Shown here in pieces: positions 1 through 10,331 of a stretch of DNA of 56,319 nt. Under the pieces are notes generated by a model. It had not been told where the DNA came from. It saw only the letters and a list, made by a program, of their open reading frames with translations, and did no database searches. Each line of letters opens with the position of its first letter. Position 1 is the first letter of the stretch. Origin of the DNA: a virus (taxonomy: Duplodnaviria; Caudoviricetes); the IMG/VR virus record IMGVR_UViG_3300032290_000174, positions 1-56,319 of that record; one strand, written 5' to 3'. The position numbers were made by a program, and so were the translations under genes.

Positions 1-1
1 A

Positions 2-1948
2 GATTACGGCGAATTAGCATTAAACTATGCTGATGGAAAATTGTACTTTAAAAATGCAGCAAATGCAATTAAAAGTTTTACAATTGATGACTCTGTTGTA
101 ACTCTCACTGGCACACAAACTCTTACCAACAAAACTCTTACATCACCAACTATTAATGGTGGTGCATTGTCTGGCACTTTTACAGGTGCAATTACCCTTT
201 CCGATACAACTGCTTCCACTTCAACGACTACTGGTGCGTTAAAGGTTGGTGGTGGTCTTGGTGTAGCTGGCACAATCTATGCTGATATTGTTCGTTCTGT
301 AAATAATGGTGCTGGTACCAACTACGCAGTTGGCGATGATGCTTGGATAGGCGATATAAACCAATCTAATACTATCGGTATTAGAGGGCAGCAAGACTCA
401 ACTAAAGGTTATATTGTATTTGGTGGTTCTAACAGTACAAACTATATTGGTCGCGATGGAACAAATCCTCTAACAGTAACAGGACAATTTGCAGTTAATA
501 GTGGAACTGTTACTGGTGCTAATGCTGTCGCCTTACAGATTAGTGGTTATGCTAATAAGGGTGGTACTGGTTACCATGATTTTCTTAGCGTAACCAATTC
601 ATACGCAACTGCTACAAACCCAAATAAATTTTTCCGTCTTAATAGCACTGGTAATCTAGAGATTATCAATAGTGCTTATACCTCAAGCATTTTTTCAGTA
701 ACTGATGCAGGTGCTGTATCATTTGGTGGTACTACATTTCCAACTTCAACAGGAACTAATGGGCAAGTTTTAACAGCCAATGGAAGTGGCGGATCAAGTT
801 GGACGACTGTATCAGGTGTTGGTGGAGGTGGTACTACCACAAATCCATTGACCATTGGTACTGGTTTATCTGGTACTTCATTTAATGGTTCTACTGCAGT
901 AACAATCGCAATTGATTCTACTGTTGCTACATTAACTGGCACTCAGACATTAACAAATAAAACATTTACTGGAAATGTTAATACGAATAGTAATTTAAAA
1001 ATAAATTGCTTAGATGGATATTTTACTGTTCAACAAAATAATGCTTCTTGGACAACCAGTACAGATCATCCAATTATTAAATGGAACTATAACGCAACTT
1101 ATGATGACCATTTGTATCTTGCATCTGGTGGTAATCAAGCTGTTAGTGGACAATCAGTATTAGTAATTTCTGAAAATAGTGGTTTGTTATTTGGTCGGGG
1201 AGATAATGCTTCTGTAACTACACTTGGTACAAAATATTTTCAGATAACAAATACTGGTAATGTTGGAATTGGCACTGTTTCAGCACCATCTTCAATACTT
1301 GAAACAGAACAAAATACAACATCTACAACATCCCTTACTATTACCAACAGTAATACTGGTAATAACATAACAAAGTCATCAAGTATAAACTTTAGACTTA
1401 CTGATTCTCTTGGAACTAGAAAAGATGCTGCTTACATCACAGCTATACCAATTAATTTTGACTCATCTACTGGAGATCATCTAACATTTTCAACAAGAAC
1501 ATTGGACTCTACTCCAACTGAAAAAGTTAGAATTACTAATAATGGAGATGTTGGTATTGGTACAACTAATCCTGGGTATAAACTTGAAGTTAATGGCGCA
1601 TTTGCTGCAACAACTAAATCGTTCGTAATACCACACCCAACAAAAGAGGGAATGAAACTTCGTTATGGATCTTTAGAAGGTCCAGAAAACGGAATCTATA
1701 TTAGAGGTAGATGTAAAGAATCTATTATAGAACTACCAGAATACTGGGCAAAATTAGTGGATGCAGAAAGTATTTCTGTAAATCTTACACCAGTTGGAAG
1801 CCATCAGAATTTATTTGTTGAAAAAATTGAAGACAATAAAATCTATATCAAAAACAGTAATGTCTTAAATAGAACTATTGATTGTTTCTTTGTAGTTTAT
1901 GCAGAGAGAAGTGATGTTGAAAAACTAAAGGTTGAATATGCTGCTTAA
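2..1948 (+). CDS. Tail fibre protein (5'-truncated; the frame is open from the window start)
   Basis: The frame reads DYGELALNYADGKLYFKNA upstream of the tracked TTG at 41, a typical fibre N-terminal motif. G/T/S-rich body, TQTLTNKT and GNVGIGT repeats, C-terminal KSFVIPHP...LEGPE domain typical of T4-like fibres. Confidence 0.8.
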   Translation, partial: DYGELALNYADGKLYFKNAANAIKSFTIDDSVVTLTGTQTLTNKTLTSPTINGGALSGTFTGAITLSDTTASTSTTTGALKVGGGLGVAGTIYADIVRSVNNGAGTNYAVGDDAWIGDINQSNTIGIRGQQDSTKGYIVFGGSNSTNYIGRDGTNPLTVTGQFAVNSGTVTGANAVALQISGYANKGGTGYHDFLSVTNSYATATNPNKFFRLNSTGNLEIINSAYTSSIFSVTDAGAVSFGGTTFPTSTGTNGQVLTANGSGGSSWTTVSGVGGGGTTTNPLTIGTGLSGTSFNGSTAVTIAIDSTVATLTGTQTLTNKTFTGNVNTNSNLKINCLDGYFTVQQNNASWTTSTDHPIIKWNYNATYDDHLYLASGGNQAVSGQSVLVISENSGLLFGRGDNASVTTLGTKYFQITNTGNVGIGTVSAPSSILETEQNTTSTTSLTITNSNTGNNITKSSSINFRLTDSLGTRKDAAYITAIPINFDSSTGDHLTFSTRTLDSTPTEKVRITNNGDVGIGTTNPGYKLEVNGAFAATTKSFVIPHPTKEGMKLRYGSLEGPENGIYIRGRCKESIIELPEYWAKLVDAESISVNLTPVGSHQNLFVEKIEDNKIYIKNSNVLNRTIDCFFVVYAERSDVEKLKVEYAA

Positions 1949-2090
1949 TATCAAAATTAATAAAGAAACACTAGAAGTATTTACCAATGATGCTGGAGTT
2001 GTTATTAATAACATTTCAGATAATGGTACAGAACTAGAAATTGAAATTAGCAAACCAGAATCAGAGATTGAATATCCATGGCAACAATAA
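1938..2090 (+). CDS. Small acidic hypothetical protein (50 aa, MLLNIKINKE...EYPWQQ), possible fibre accessory factor
   Basis: Read manually. ATG at 1938 overlaps the upstream gene's end and TAA at 2088-2090 overlaps the downstream start, filling the gap exactly. Confidence 0.6.
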   Translation: MLLNIKINKETLEVFTNDAGVVINNISDNGTELEIEISKPESEIEYPWQQ

Positions 2091-4543
2091 CATCAGCACA
2101 ATCTGGAAACTTTAATGCCACTTCTACATGGGTAGGTGGAGTTGTGCCTGTTAATAATGATTCATTTATTATTGCTACAGGTCATACTGTAACATATAAT
2201 GTTACCACACCAGTTACAACTGGATTTCAAGACAGTAATATTTTTGGAATACTACAATCTCAATCTGGAGCAACTACTGTTCTTAGAATGAATGGTAGAT
2301 TACAAGTTAGAACAAACGGCACTTATCATGCTCGTGCTGGTCATACATTACAGTTTAGAGGAACAGCAGCAGAGTCACATATTTTTTATGCAGTAGGAGA
2401 AACTGGAGCGAATGTTATTATGGAAGGTAGTGATGGTATGCCTGTTACTACTTTAGCATCAGGTGTTAATGAACGAGCAACAAGTTTTGCTTTTACTTCC
2501 GCTACAAATTTTGCGGTGGGTGAATGGTTTGCAGTTTTTAATAATACAACTGCTCAAGCAGGAAACGCTGGTGCTGCTACATTAAGAGATGAAGGTTTCT
2601 GGATTCACGATATTGATGGTAATACAGTTTACTTTAGACAATTTGTTGGACCAGAGTCTACAGTTGTTTCTTCCTCTGGGTCGCAATTAGTTGTCGCCAA
2701 TTCAAAAGTATTCCGTGTTGGTCAAATAATTATTTTTGGTACAGGCGCAAATAGAAATGTTCACACGATTACTGGAATTGATTATAAAATTCATACATTA
2801 ACACTATCTGCTACTGTTACTGGAACTGTTACTGGTTTAACAGTATATGAAACTGGTACAGATAAAATTCACGCAACTGGTGATAAAATAAGAAAGTGTG
2901 CTACTGTTACTACAACATCTTCATTGGCTGCAGCGACAACAATTACAGTTGCTAATGCAAATATGTTTGTTGCTGGTAATGATATTTGGATTGAAGCCAG
3001 AAGCGAGGCAGGAGGTTCAACCGATTTTTATTACACCACATATGGTAATGAAACTCCAGGTCCAAGATATAAACATACTATTCAATCCGTTGCTGGAAAT
3101 GTTATTACGCTTACCGCAGCAATTGGTTATAATGTGGTTTCTGGTGCACTAGTAAATCGTTTAACGAGAGATGTTGTCGTAGAACCTATTACACCAAATG
3201 TGGATTTTTATGGATTTTACATTGAATCTGGTGGAACCAACTATACTAGAGCAGTAATCCTTAAAGATGTTTACTTTAAATACTGTGGGAGTGGTCAAGG
3301 TCAAGTAGAAGGTGGCATCTATATTCGTGAGGGAAACTGGAAAGCAAATGTAAGTTTACCTGCAGGTATAACATTGACATCAACAGTTCCAGCATACTCA
3401 CAACAAGCATGGTATGAAGGTGTCACAATGACTGGATCTAACTCTACTCGAGATTGGGGTGGATTTTGGGTTCGTGGTAGATATGACCAAATAAGATGTT
3501 GCCATGTTCAAGGATCATTCAATAGTTCATATGGACTTTATTATCGTGAAGGGCAAGCCCTTTACAACAGTATCGCAGTTGGTAGTAACGCATGGGGACC
3601 AAGGCTGGAAGGTGTGACTGAGTGGGGTGAAATTGGATATGTTTATGTATCTCGTTGCGAACGAGGTGGAAGATTCCAAATGTACGATACTAATCTGGGA
3701 CATCACCACTACATTACGGATGCTACATACAGAGCATATTCTTTAGGTCAAAGTGCATTTAGAGGATTTTATAAACATAAAAACACTGGATGTAGAGGAG
3801 GTATTGAACATGATGCCACTGCTGGTCCAATGGTTTTATATTATTCCATATTACAATTTCCAAGTGCATATGGTTTGTTAAATAATGGATTAAGAGGGCA
3901 ATATCACGCACAGCAAATTGACCGTAGTCATGGCAACTCTTATGTTAATATGATTGAGTATAATATGGAATACGATGGAATATACCAATCAGGTTATATT
4001 TCTCAAAGACTTTGGGATTCTGCTGAGGATGCTTGGAGAGTTTATAATATTGCCGATGGAGCTGATTATGGGTGCGGATGGATGGAAACAGTATTTGTGC
4101 CAGCAGGAGTTACCGTAAGAGCCAGAGCAAGACTTAAATTAGCCACAGGATATTCTGGAACTTTACCGCTTTTTGAATGTAGAGATGTTATTGGTGGTGT
4201 TGGTCCAAATCAACTTGCTAATTCTGGTGGATATTGGAGTTCTTATTTTTCAGGTGGTACTACATCTATTCGTTTTACTTCTGCTGCAGCTTCAGCATAC
4301 GAAACAAAAGATATAACAATAACTGCAGTACCATTCCCAAGAACTTTACACTTTGGAGTCCATCAAGAAAGTGCTGATCAATCTGAGGGATGGTGGTTAA
4401 AAGACATTATTGTTTTACTCGATAAACCATATGCAGTTTCCAGATTCAATACAGCTAATAGCGATGTATCTGGTCAAGCATTAGTTGGTGTTGGAAGTTC
4501 TCTAACAGAATCAAAAATTAGAATCGGCGGAAGAATAAACTAA
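2078..4543 (+). CDS. Virion protein with G8-like N-terminus and probable beta-helix (candidate tailspike/receptor-binding protein)
   Basis: N-terminus ITSAQSGNFNATSTWVGGVVP..IATGHTVTY resembles G8-type starts. The central G/N/Y-rich strand pattern suggests a beta-helix. Lies in the fibre cluster. Confidence 0.55.
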   Translation: MATITSAQSGNFNATSTWVGGVVPVNNDSFIIATGHTVTYNVTTPVTTGFQDSNIFGILQSQSGATTVLRMNGRLQVRTNGTYHARAGHTLQFRGTAAESHIFYAVGETGANVIMEGSDGMPVTTLASGVNERATSFAFTSATNFAVGEWFAVFNNTTAQAGNAGAATLRDEGFWIHDIDGNTVYFRQFVGPESTVVSSSGSQLVVANSKVFRVGQIIIFGTGANRNVHTITGIDYKIHTLTLSATVTGTVTGLTVYETGTDKIHATGDKIRKCATVTTTSSLAAATTITVANANMFVAGNDIWIEARSEAGGSTDFYYTTYGNETPGPRYKHTIQSVAGNVITLTAAIGYNVVSGALVNRLTRDVVVEPITPNVDFYGFYIESGGTNYTRAVILKDVYFKYCGSGQGQVEGGIYIREGNWKANVSLPAGITLTSTVPAYSQQAWYEGVTMTGSNSTRDWGGFWVRGRYDQIRCCHVQGSFNSSYGLYYREGQALYNSIAVGSNAWGPRLEGVTEWGEIGYVYVSRCERGGRFQMYDTNLGHHHYITDATYRAYSLGQSAFRGFYKHKNTGCRGGIEHDATAGPMVLYYSILQFPSAYGLLNNGLRGQYHAQQIDRSHGNSYVNMIEYNMEYDGIYQSGYISQRLWDSAEDAWRVYNIADGADYGCGWMETVFVPAGVTVRARARLKLATGYSGTLPLFECRDVIGGVGPNQLANSGGYWSSYFSGGTTSIRFTSAAASAYETKDITITAVPFPRTLHFGVHQESADQSEGWWLKDIIVLLDKPYAVSRFNTANSDVSGQALVGVGSSLTESKIRIGGRIN

Positions 4544-4544
4544 A

Positions 4545-7436
4545 ATGCCAAGAAATGTAATTATAACACCAGCTACTGGTTTAATAGATTTTAGAGACGA
4601 TGCGGGAAACATTGACGCATTCATTCAACTCGATACTTCTGGCAATCTTAATATTTCCAATACTGGAGGTAACTTATCATTAGGTAACACTGCGACTGAT
4701 GTTTATATCGGCGATGGTGTTAATAGTGTTGATATTATTTTTGAGCAAAATGGCGACATTCGTGCGTTAGCTGGTAAAACATTAACTCTGGGTCAGTCTG
4801 ATAGTAATATTACTGTCGCTTCTCCAACTACATTTAATTCTACTGTTACATCAAATAATCTTACTGTTAATGGTATACTAAGTGCAACTAATGTTAAAGA
4901 CGGATATACTACTACTGTAACTTCAGGTGGAGTAACTGCATTAACTTCTGCAAGCAATCACTATCAAAGATTTACAGGTTCGCTTAACCACACAATTGTT
5001 TTACCTTCTACAAGCACACTATCAACAGGTGTTACTTATAGTATTGAAAATGCTTCTAGTGGTCAATTAACTATAACCTCTTTTGGCGCATCTCTAGTTA
5101 CGACTGTAATTTCAGGAACTACTATTACATGTATGTGTATTGGCACTACATTAAATACAGCAGCAGATTGGGATCCAGAATATACTGAATTTGCTGCTAT
5201 CACTGGTACTGGAGGTGTTGTATTAAGTACTTCTCCATCTATTTCAGGAATAACAGTAACTGGGGCGATGTCTCTTTCTGGTACTAGTACTTCTACTTCA
5301 TCGTTTCATACTAATCAAACATCTGGAACATTAACATTAGGTGGTACTAGTGGTACTGGAACTATTACTATCGGTCGTTCTACAGTAACTCAACAAACTG
5401 ATATTCAAGCTGGTGCAACAGCATCAGGTAATACCAAGACACTAAACATTGGTACATCTGGTTTATCAGGTTCTACTACCAATATTGCTATTGGCTCTGC
5501 AGTTTCTGGTGCTTCTAGCACAACTACTGTTAATAATATACTCGCAGCTCCAGGACAAATTCTTACTGGAGGTCCCAATACATTTGTTCGAGATTATGCT
5601 TCTGGATTTAGCACTACACATACCCCAATATTTCCTCAAGAAATAGGTAGATTTACTCTTAATGGTAACTCTCATAACATTTCAATTATAGGCGAAATTC
5701 GAGGTGCTACTGGAGCAACGAGTGGTGTTACTAGATTTGTTTTACATGTACGATCAAATACACTTCCTTCTAAATCATTTCAGTTATTCGAAGAAGAAAT
5801 AACAAATCTTGGGCAAATAATTCGTGTTCGTGTTTATGAAAATACTGCAACTGGTCTCGTTGTAATAGGTTACTCTTCCACAAACGAAATTCAAAATATT
5901 GGATGGTCTTTAAAAGTTCAAGAGCGTGGCAATTATAATTATTTACAGCAAGTTAGTGCTCTTACTGCAATAGATACTACATCGCTAACTGAAATTCTTA
6001 CAACTTCTAACGCAGTTCGTACTTTAACAGGATCGTTATCAGTAGCAGGGCAATTAACATCTACTGTAGCAACAGGTACAGCACCATTAGCTGTTACCTC
6101 TACAACTCGTGTAGCAAATTTAAATGTGGCTACAGCTGGTACTGCCGATACGCTAACAAATGCTAGAACTATTAATGGTGTATCATTTAATGGTTCTGCT
6201 AATATTACTGTTACTGCTAATACTACTAATGCTTTAACAATTGGTACTGGATTAAGTGGAACATCCTTTAATGGTGGCAGTGCTGTAACAATCGCAATTG
6301 ATTCTACGGTAGCCACATTAACTGGGTCTCAAACATTAACAAATAAAACAATTGATGGTTCCAATAACACCATTTCAAACATAAGCGTGGCATCTGGCGG
6401 TACTGGAACTGCCACTGGTTCTATCACTGGAACTGCTGCACTAACTTTTACTGCTGCAGCTGGTAACAATAATGTAAACTTGGTTCCAACAGGAACAGGT
6501 ACTGTTGATGTCGCTTCAAAACGCATTACCAACTTAGCTGAACCTACTCAAACAACTGATGCTGCTACTAAAAATTATGTTGATTCATTCCAGCAAGGAT
6601 TACATATTCATGCATCATGTGATGCAGCAACTACCAATACATTGGCTACTCTTTCTGGTGGTTCAGTAACATACGCTAATGGTACTGCTGGTGTTGGTGC
6701 TACATTAACTTTAGGAGTTGCGTTGGCGACTCTTGATGGTGTAACGCTGTCCAATGGAATGCGTATCCTTGTTAAGAATGAATCAAACCAAATACATAAT
6801 GGAATATACATAAGAACATCATCAACTGTTCTGACTCGTGCTACAGACTTTGATACTGGAGCTGAAATTGCAGGTGGCGATTTTACATATGTTACTAATG
6901 GTACTGTTAATAACAGTAGTGGTTGGGTTCAGATTGATGAAGTGACAACAGTGGGTTCTGATGCCATTGCTTTTCAACAATTCTCTGGTGCAGGTACTTA
7001 TACAGCTGGAACAGGTTTAACATTAACAGGTTCTACATTCTCTGTTGATTCTACTGTTGCTACATTAACTGGCGCACAAACACTCACCAATAAAACTCTT
7101 TCTTCAGCAATATTAACTGGCACGCTTACTGCTGGTGGTGGTGTTGGAACTAATGGACAAGTTCTTCAGTCAACTGGAACTGGTGTTCAATGGGCAACAA
7201 GTTCTGGCGGTGCTGTAGATTCTGCAATATTTGGAGCAAATGCTCAATCAGATTTAGGATTAGTGACTGATCTGGTTGTAACTTTATCAGAAGATCTTGG
7301 TTTAGTTACTGATGTTCCAGCTCTATCATTCTACAACCTAGGATCTCTGGTTGTGGATGGTATTGTTTCGCTAAATAATTTGGATCAGTCTGTTAAAGCA
7401 GACTACATTTCTTATGCAATTATTTTTGGATTCTAA
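4545..7436 (+). CDS. Tail fibre protein
   Basis: T/G/S-rich; ARTINGVSFNGSANI motif; RITNLAEP..TDAATKNYVD; RILVKNE..NGIY; TQTLTNKT repeats. Confidence 0.8.
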   Translation: MPRNVIITPATGLIDFRDDAGNIDAFIQLDTSGNLNISNTGGNLSLGNTATDVYIGDGVNSVDIIFEQNGDIRALAGKTLTLGQSDSNITVASPTTFNSTVTSNNLTVNGILSATNVKDGYTTTVTSGGVTALTSASNHYQRFTGSLNHTIVLPSTSTLSTGVTYSIENASSGQLTITSFGASLVTTVISGTTITCMCIGTTLNTAADWDPEYTEFAAITGTGGVVLSTSPSISGITVTGAMSLSGTSTSTSSFHTNQTSGTLTLGGTSGTGTITIGRSTVTQQTDIQAGATASGNTKTLNIGTSGLSGSTTNIAIGSAVSGASSTTTVNNILAAPGQILTGGPNTFVRDYASGFSTTHTPIFPQEIGRFTLNGNSHNISIIGEIRGATGATSGVTRFVLHVRSNTLPSKSFQLFEEEITNLGQIIRVRVYENTATGLVVIGYSSTNEIQNIGWSLKVQERGNYNYLQQVSALTAIDTTSLTEILTTSNAVRTLTGSLSVAGQLTSTVATGTAPLAVTSTTRVANLNVATAGTADTLTNARTINGVSFNGSANITVTANTTNALTIGTGLSGTSFNGGSAVTIAIDSTVATLTGSQTLTNKTIDGSNNTISNISVASGGTGTATGSITGTAALTFTAAAGNNNVNLVPTGTGTVDVASKRITNLAEPTQTTDAATKNYVDSFQQGLHIHASCDAATTNTLATLSGGSVTYANGTAGVGATLTLGVALATLDGVTLSNGMRILVKNESNQIHNGIYIRTSSTVLTRATDFDTGAEIAGGDFTYVTNGTVNNSSGWVQIDEVTTVGSDAIAFQQFSGAGTYTAGTGLTLTGSTFSVDSTVATLTGAQTLTNKTLSSAILTGTLTAGGGVGTNGQVLQSTGTGVQWATSSGGAVDSAIFGANAQSDLGLVTDLVVTLSEDLGLVTDVPALSFYNLGSLVVDGIVSLNNLDQSVKADYISYAIIFGF

Positions 7437-7446
7437 AGGATCATAA

Positions 7447-10308
7447 ATGGCTCGCCAACTCATTGAAAAGTATATTTTTACACCTGGTTTAGCAAACGCT
7501 GGCACAGTTAAATTTCCAGGTAAGGTTGATGAAACTCAACTATTAATTATTACAAATAAAACTACACAAGAGAACATCTATGCTCTTGGCGATCCTACTC
7601 GTTCTGGGACAGTTTCATACAATTCTTTAGATAATACAACTTTTTTCTCAGAACAGGATGGTGTTACAACAGTAACATTATCAAGAGATACTTCTGCGAT
7701 GCTATCTACTCACAAGATAGCAGTTTATACTGATGCGCCAAAACATGTTGGTAACATTATTCGCCCATACGCTTTCGGTGTTGATGCTATTGAAAGAATC
7801 CGTGTTTCAAATCCGCAATCGTTAATTGATGCTGACTTTGAATATGGTTTACAAACAACCAAGTGGCAGAACTATTCTGACATTCGTGGTGTTCCAGGAA
7901 TTTATGAAAAACCTGGACTTGATATTTTCTTATCTGGAGTTACAACAGATGGTGCGTCGCCATCAACTATTACCGTAACAACTTCTGTTGCTCATGGATT
8001 AGCTGTAAATGATGCTGTTATTGTTTATGGTTTAGGAAACACCAGCACTTCAGCTCGAGCTGAAGGTGCTTTCGTTGTTGCTTCTGTTCCATCTTCAACT
8101 TCATTTACTTATTTTGCTAAAGGTATTGTTGGTACGAATGGATTGTCTCTGTTTACTGGAATTACCTATGCTCGTCGTGGCGGTTTCTATACTGGATCTT
8201 CGCTACCACTAGCAACAGTTACATCTAATGGAGCAAACCCATCAACAATTACAGTAACATGTTCTGCAAATCATGGTCTAGTTGCTGGTGCTCCACTAGT
8301 CGGTATTGCAAGTTCAGTCGGAACAAACCACTCACTATTAACTGGAAATTTCTTTGCTGAATCAGTTCCTTCTTCCACTACATTTACATTTACTGCTCGT
8401 GTTGGTGGAGCAGTAGCATCTGCTGGTATCGCTATGACAATGTTTACTCGTTCAGATGCATATGTTTTACATCGACCATTCGATGGTGGTGTTACCATAT
8501 CAAATTTTGTTCCTTCACATGGCGCATCGGTTTCTCGTCAAACTAAAAAATACATGCGTTACCAATCAGGTAAGGGTGTTCTTTGGACATCAGGTGTTTC
8601 TTTAAATCCTATTATTAACCTTGATCAAATTTCTGCATCTGGAACAACTGTTGGTTCAACAATTACTGTTACTACAGAATTAGATCACTCTCTACAAGTT
8701 GGAGCCACTGTTGTTATTTCAGGAGTTGTCACTTCTGGTTACAACGGAACATATGGTGTTAGTACAGTTACTGGAGAAAATACCTTTACAGTTATTGCAT
8801 CTGGTGTACTGGGATCTGCCACTGCAGTTATTACAAATATTCCTCGTGTTACAGTTAGAAATTGGCATGGAGCATCGGTTCGTGTTGGACCATTCGATGA
8901 TCAAAACGGATTGTTCTGGGAATTTGATGGTCAAGAATTAGCAGTTGTTAAACGATCTGGCACTTTCCAGTTGTCTGGATTCGTTTCAGTAACAGCAGGT
9001 TCTCAAGCAGTGTCAGGAACAAATACTAGATTCACACAACAATTAAAAGTTGGCGATAATATTATTATTCGTGGTATGACATACAAGATTGGTAGTATTG
9101 CCAGCGATACAGCATTGACAGTTAATCCAGAGTATCGTGGTGTTAGTAACGCATCGGGAATTAAAATTGCAGCTGTTATCGACCAAAGAATTCCACAATC
9201 TCAGTTTAATACAGATAAAATAGATGGCACAGGTATTTCAGGATATAATATGAATCTTAACAAAATGCAAATGTTAGGTATTTCATTCTCTTGGTATGGT
9301 GCTGGTTTTATTGACTTTATGTGTCGTGGTCCAGATGGTAATATGATTCTTGTTCATCGGTTAAAACAAAATAACGTAAATGATGAAGCATATATGCGTA
9401 CAGGTAATACTGTAGTTCGATATCAAACAATTAATGAATCTGCTATTGGAAGATTAGACGAGGACTTAGATACAAGTGAAACTTCTATCGATTTGGTAGA
9501 CGCAAGTCGTTTCCCATCTACTGGTGGTGTTATTTTAATCGGAAATGAAGTTATTCCATATACTGGTAAAACAGGAAATACATTAACTGGTTGTACTCGT
9601 GGTGGAAGTTTCTCTATGTTTATTGGTGGATCAACTAAAACATTTAGTGGCGGTGCAGCTGCAACACATTCCAGAGGTAATGGATTCACATCAGTAACAT
9701 TAATAAGTTGTACTGCAGCACCACAGTTAAATCACTGGGGTTCTTCTTATATTATGGATGGTGGATTTGATACTGATCGTGGTTACTTCTTTAACTATGC
9801 AGCAGTTAATCAAACATTCACTGCCAACCAATCCAAAACAGTATTCTTTTTAAGATTGGCTCCATCCGTGTCAAATTCAATTTCTGGTAATTTGGGCGAT
9901 AGAGATTTAATTAACAGATCTCAGTTATTGTTACAAAGACTTCAGATAACATCAACACAAAATGTACAAGTATATGGTATTTTAAATCCTGGAAATATTG
10001 ATGCATCCTCTTTAACTTGGACATCAGTTAATACTTTTGCACTTGGTTCACAACCATCGTTTGCGCAGATATCTACAAGCAATACTACTGCAGCGACTCC
10101 AGGCGAACAAAACTTTTCAACCCTTGCGCAGATTAATGGCTTCGCTGAAATTAATTTGACCGAGTTGAAAGAATTAACTAATGCTGCAATTGGTGGTTAT
10201 TCTAACTATCCAGATGGTCCAGATGTGCTGGCAGTAGTTGTTAGAAACCTTTCAGCTTCTTCTGCCACATGTAATATTAACTTATTCTGGTCAGAAGCGC
10301 AAGCATAA
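7447..10308 (+). CDS. Large virion structural protein (baseplate/fibre-associated)
   Basis: Three TITVT..HGL-type repeats; DAIERIRVS and RQTKKYMRYQSGKG motifs shared with the ORF at 55832; structural-gene context. Confidence 0.65.
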   Translation: MARQLIEKYIFTPGLANAGTVKFPGKVDETQLLIITNKTTQENIYALGDPTRSGTVSYNSLDNTTFFSEQDGVTTVTLSRDTSAMLSTHKIAVYTDAPKHVGNIIRPYAFGVDAIERIRVSNPQSLIDADFEYGLQTTKWQNYSDIRGVPGIYEKPGLDIFLSGVTTDGASPSTITVTTSVAHGLAVNDAVIVYGLGNTSTSARAEGAFVVASVPSSTSFTYFAKGIVGTNGLSLFTGITYARRGGFYTGSSLPLATVTSNGANPSTITVTCSANHGLVAGAPLVGIASSVGTNHSLLTGNFFAESVPSSTTFTFTARVGGAVASAGIAMTMFTRSDAYVLHRPFDGGVTISNFVPSHGASVSRQTKKYMRYQSGKGVLWTSGVSLNPIINLDQISASGTTVGSTITVTTELDHSLQVGATVVISGVVTSGYNGTYGVSTVTGENTFTVIASGVLGSATAVITNIPRVTVRNWHGASVRVGPFDDQNGLFWEFDGQELAVVKRSGTFQLSGFVSVTAGSQAVSGTNTRFTQQLKVGDNIIIRGMTYKIGSIASDTALTVNPEYRGVSNASGIKIAAVIDQRIPQSQFNTDKIDGTGISGYNMNLNKMQMLGISFSWYGAGFIDFMCRGPDGNMILVHRLKQNNVNDEAYMRTGNTVVRYQTINESAIGRLDEDLDTSETSIDLVDASRFPSTGGVILIGNEVIPYTGKTGNTLTGCTRGGSFSMFIGGSTKTFSGGAAATHSRGNGFTSVTLISCTAAPQLNHWGSSYIMDGGFDTDRGYFFNYAAVNQTFTANQSKTVFFLRLAPSVSNSISGNLGDRDLINRSQLLLQRLQITSTQNVQVYGILNPGNIDASSLTWTSVNTFALGSQPSFAQISTSNTTAATPGEQNFSTLAQINGFAEINLTELKELTNAAIGGYSNYPDGPDVLAVVVRNLSASSATCNINLFWSEAQA

Positions 10309-10311
10309 ATA
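10304..10311 (+). promoter_or_regulatory. Probable gp55-dependent late promoter (CATAAATA)
   Basis: One mismatch to the T4 late consensus TATAAATA; lies upstream of a fibre gene with an AGAGG RBS. Confidence 0.55.
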
Positions 10312-10331
10312 TATCGAAAGAGGAATTTTAA

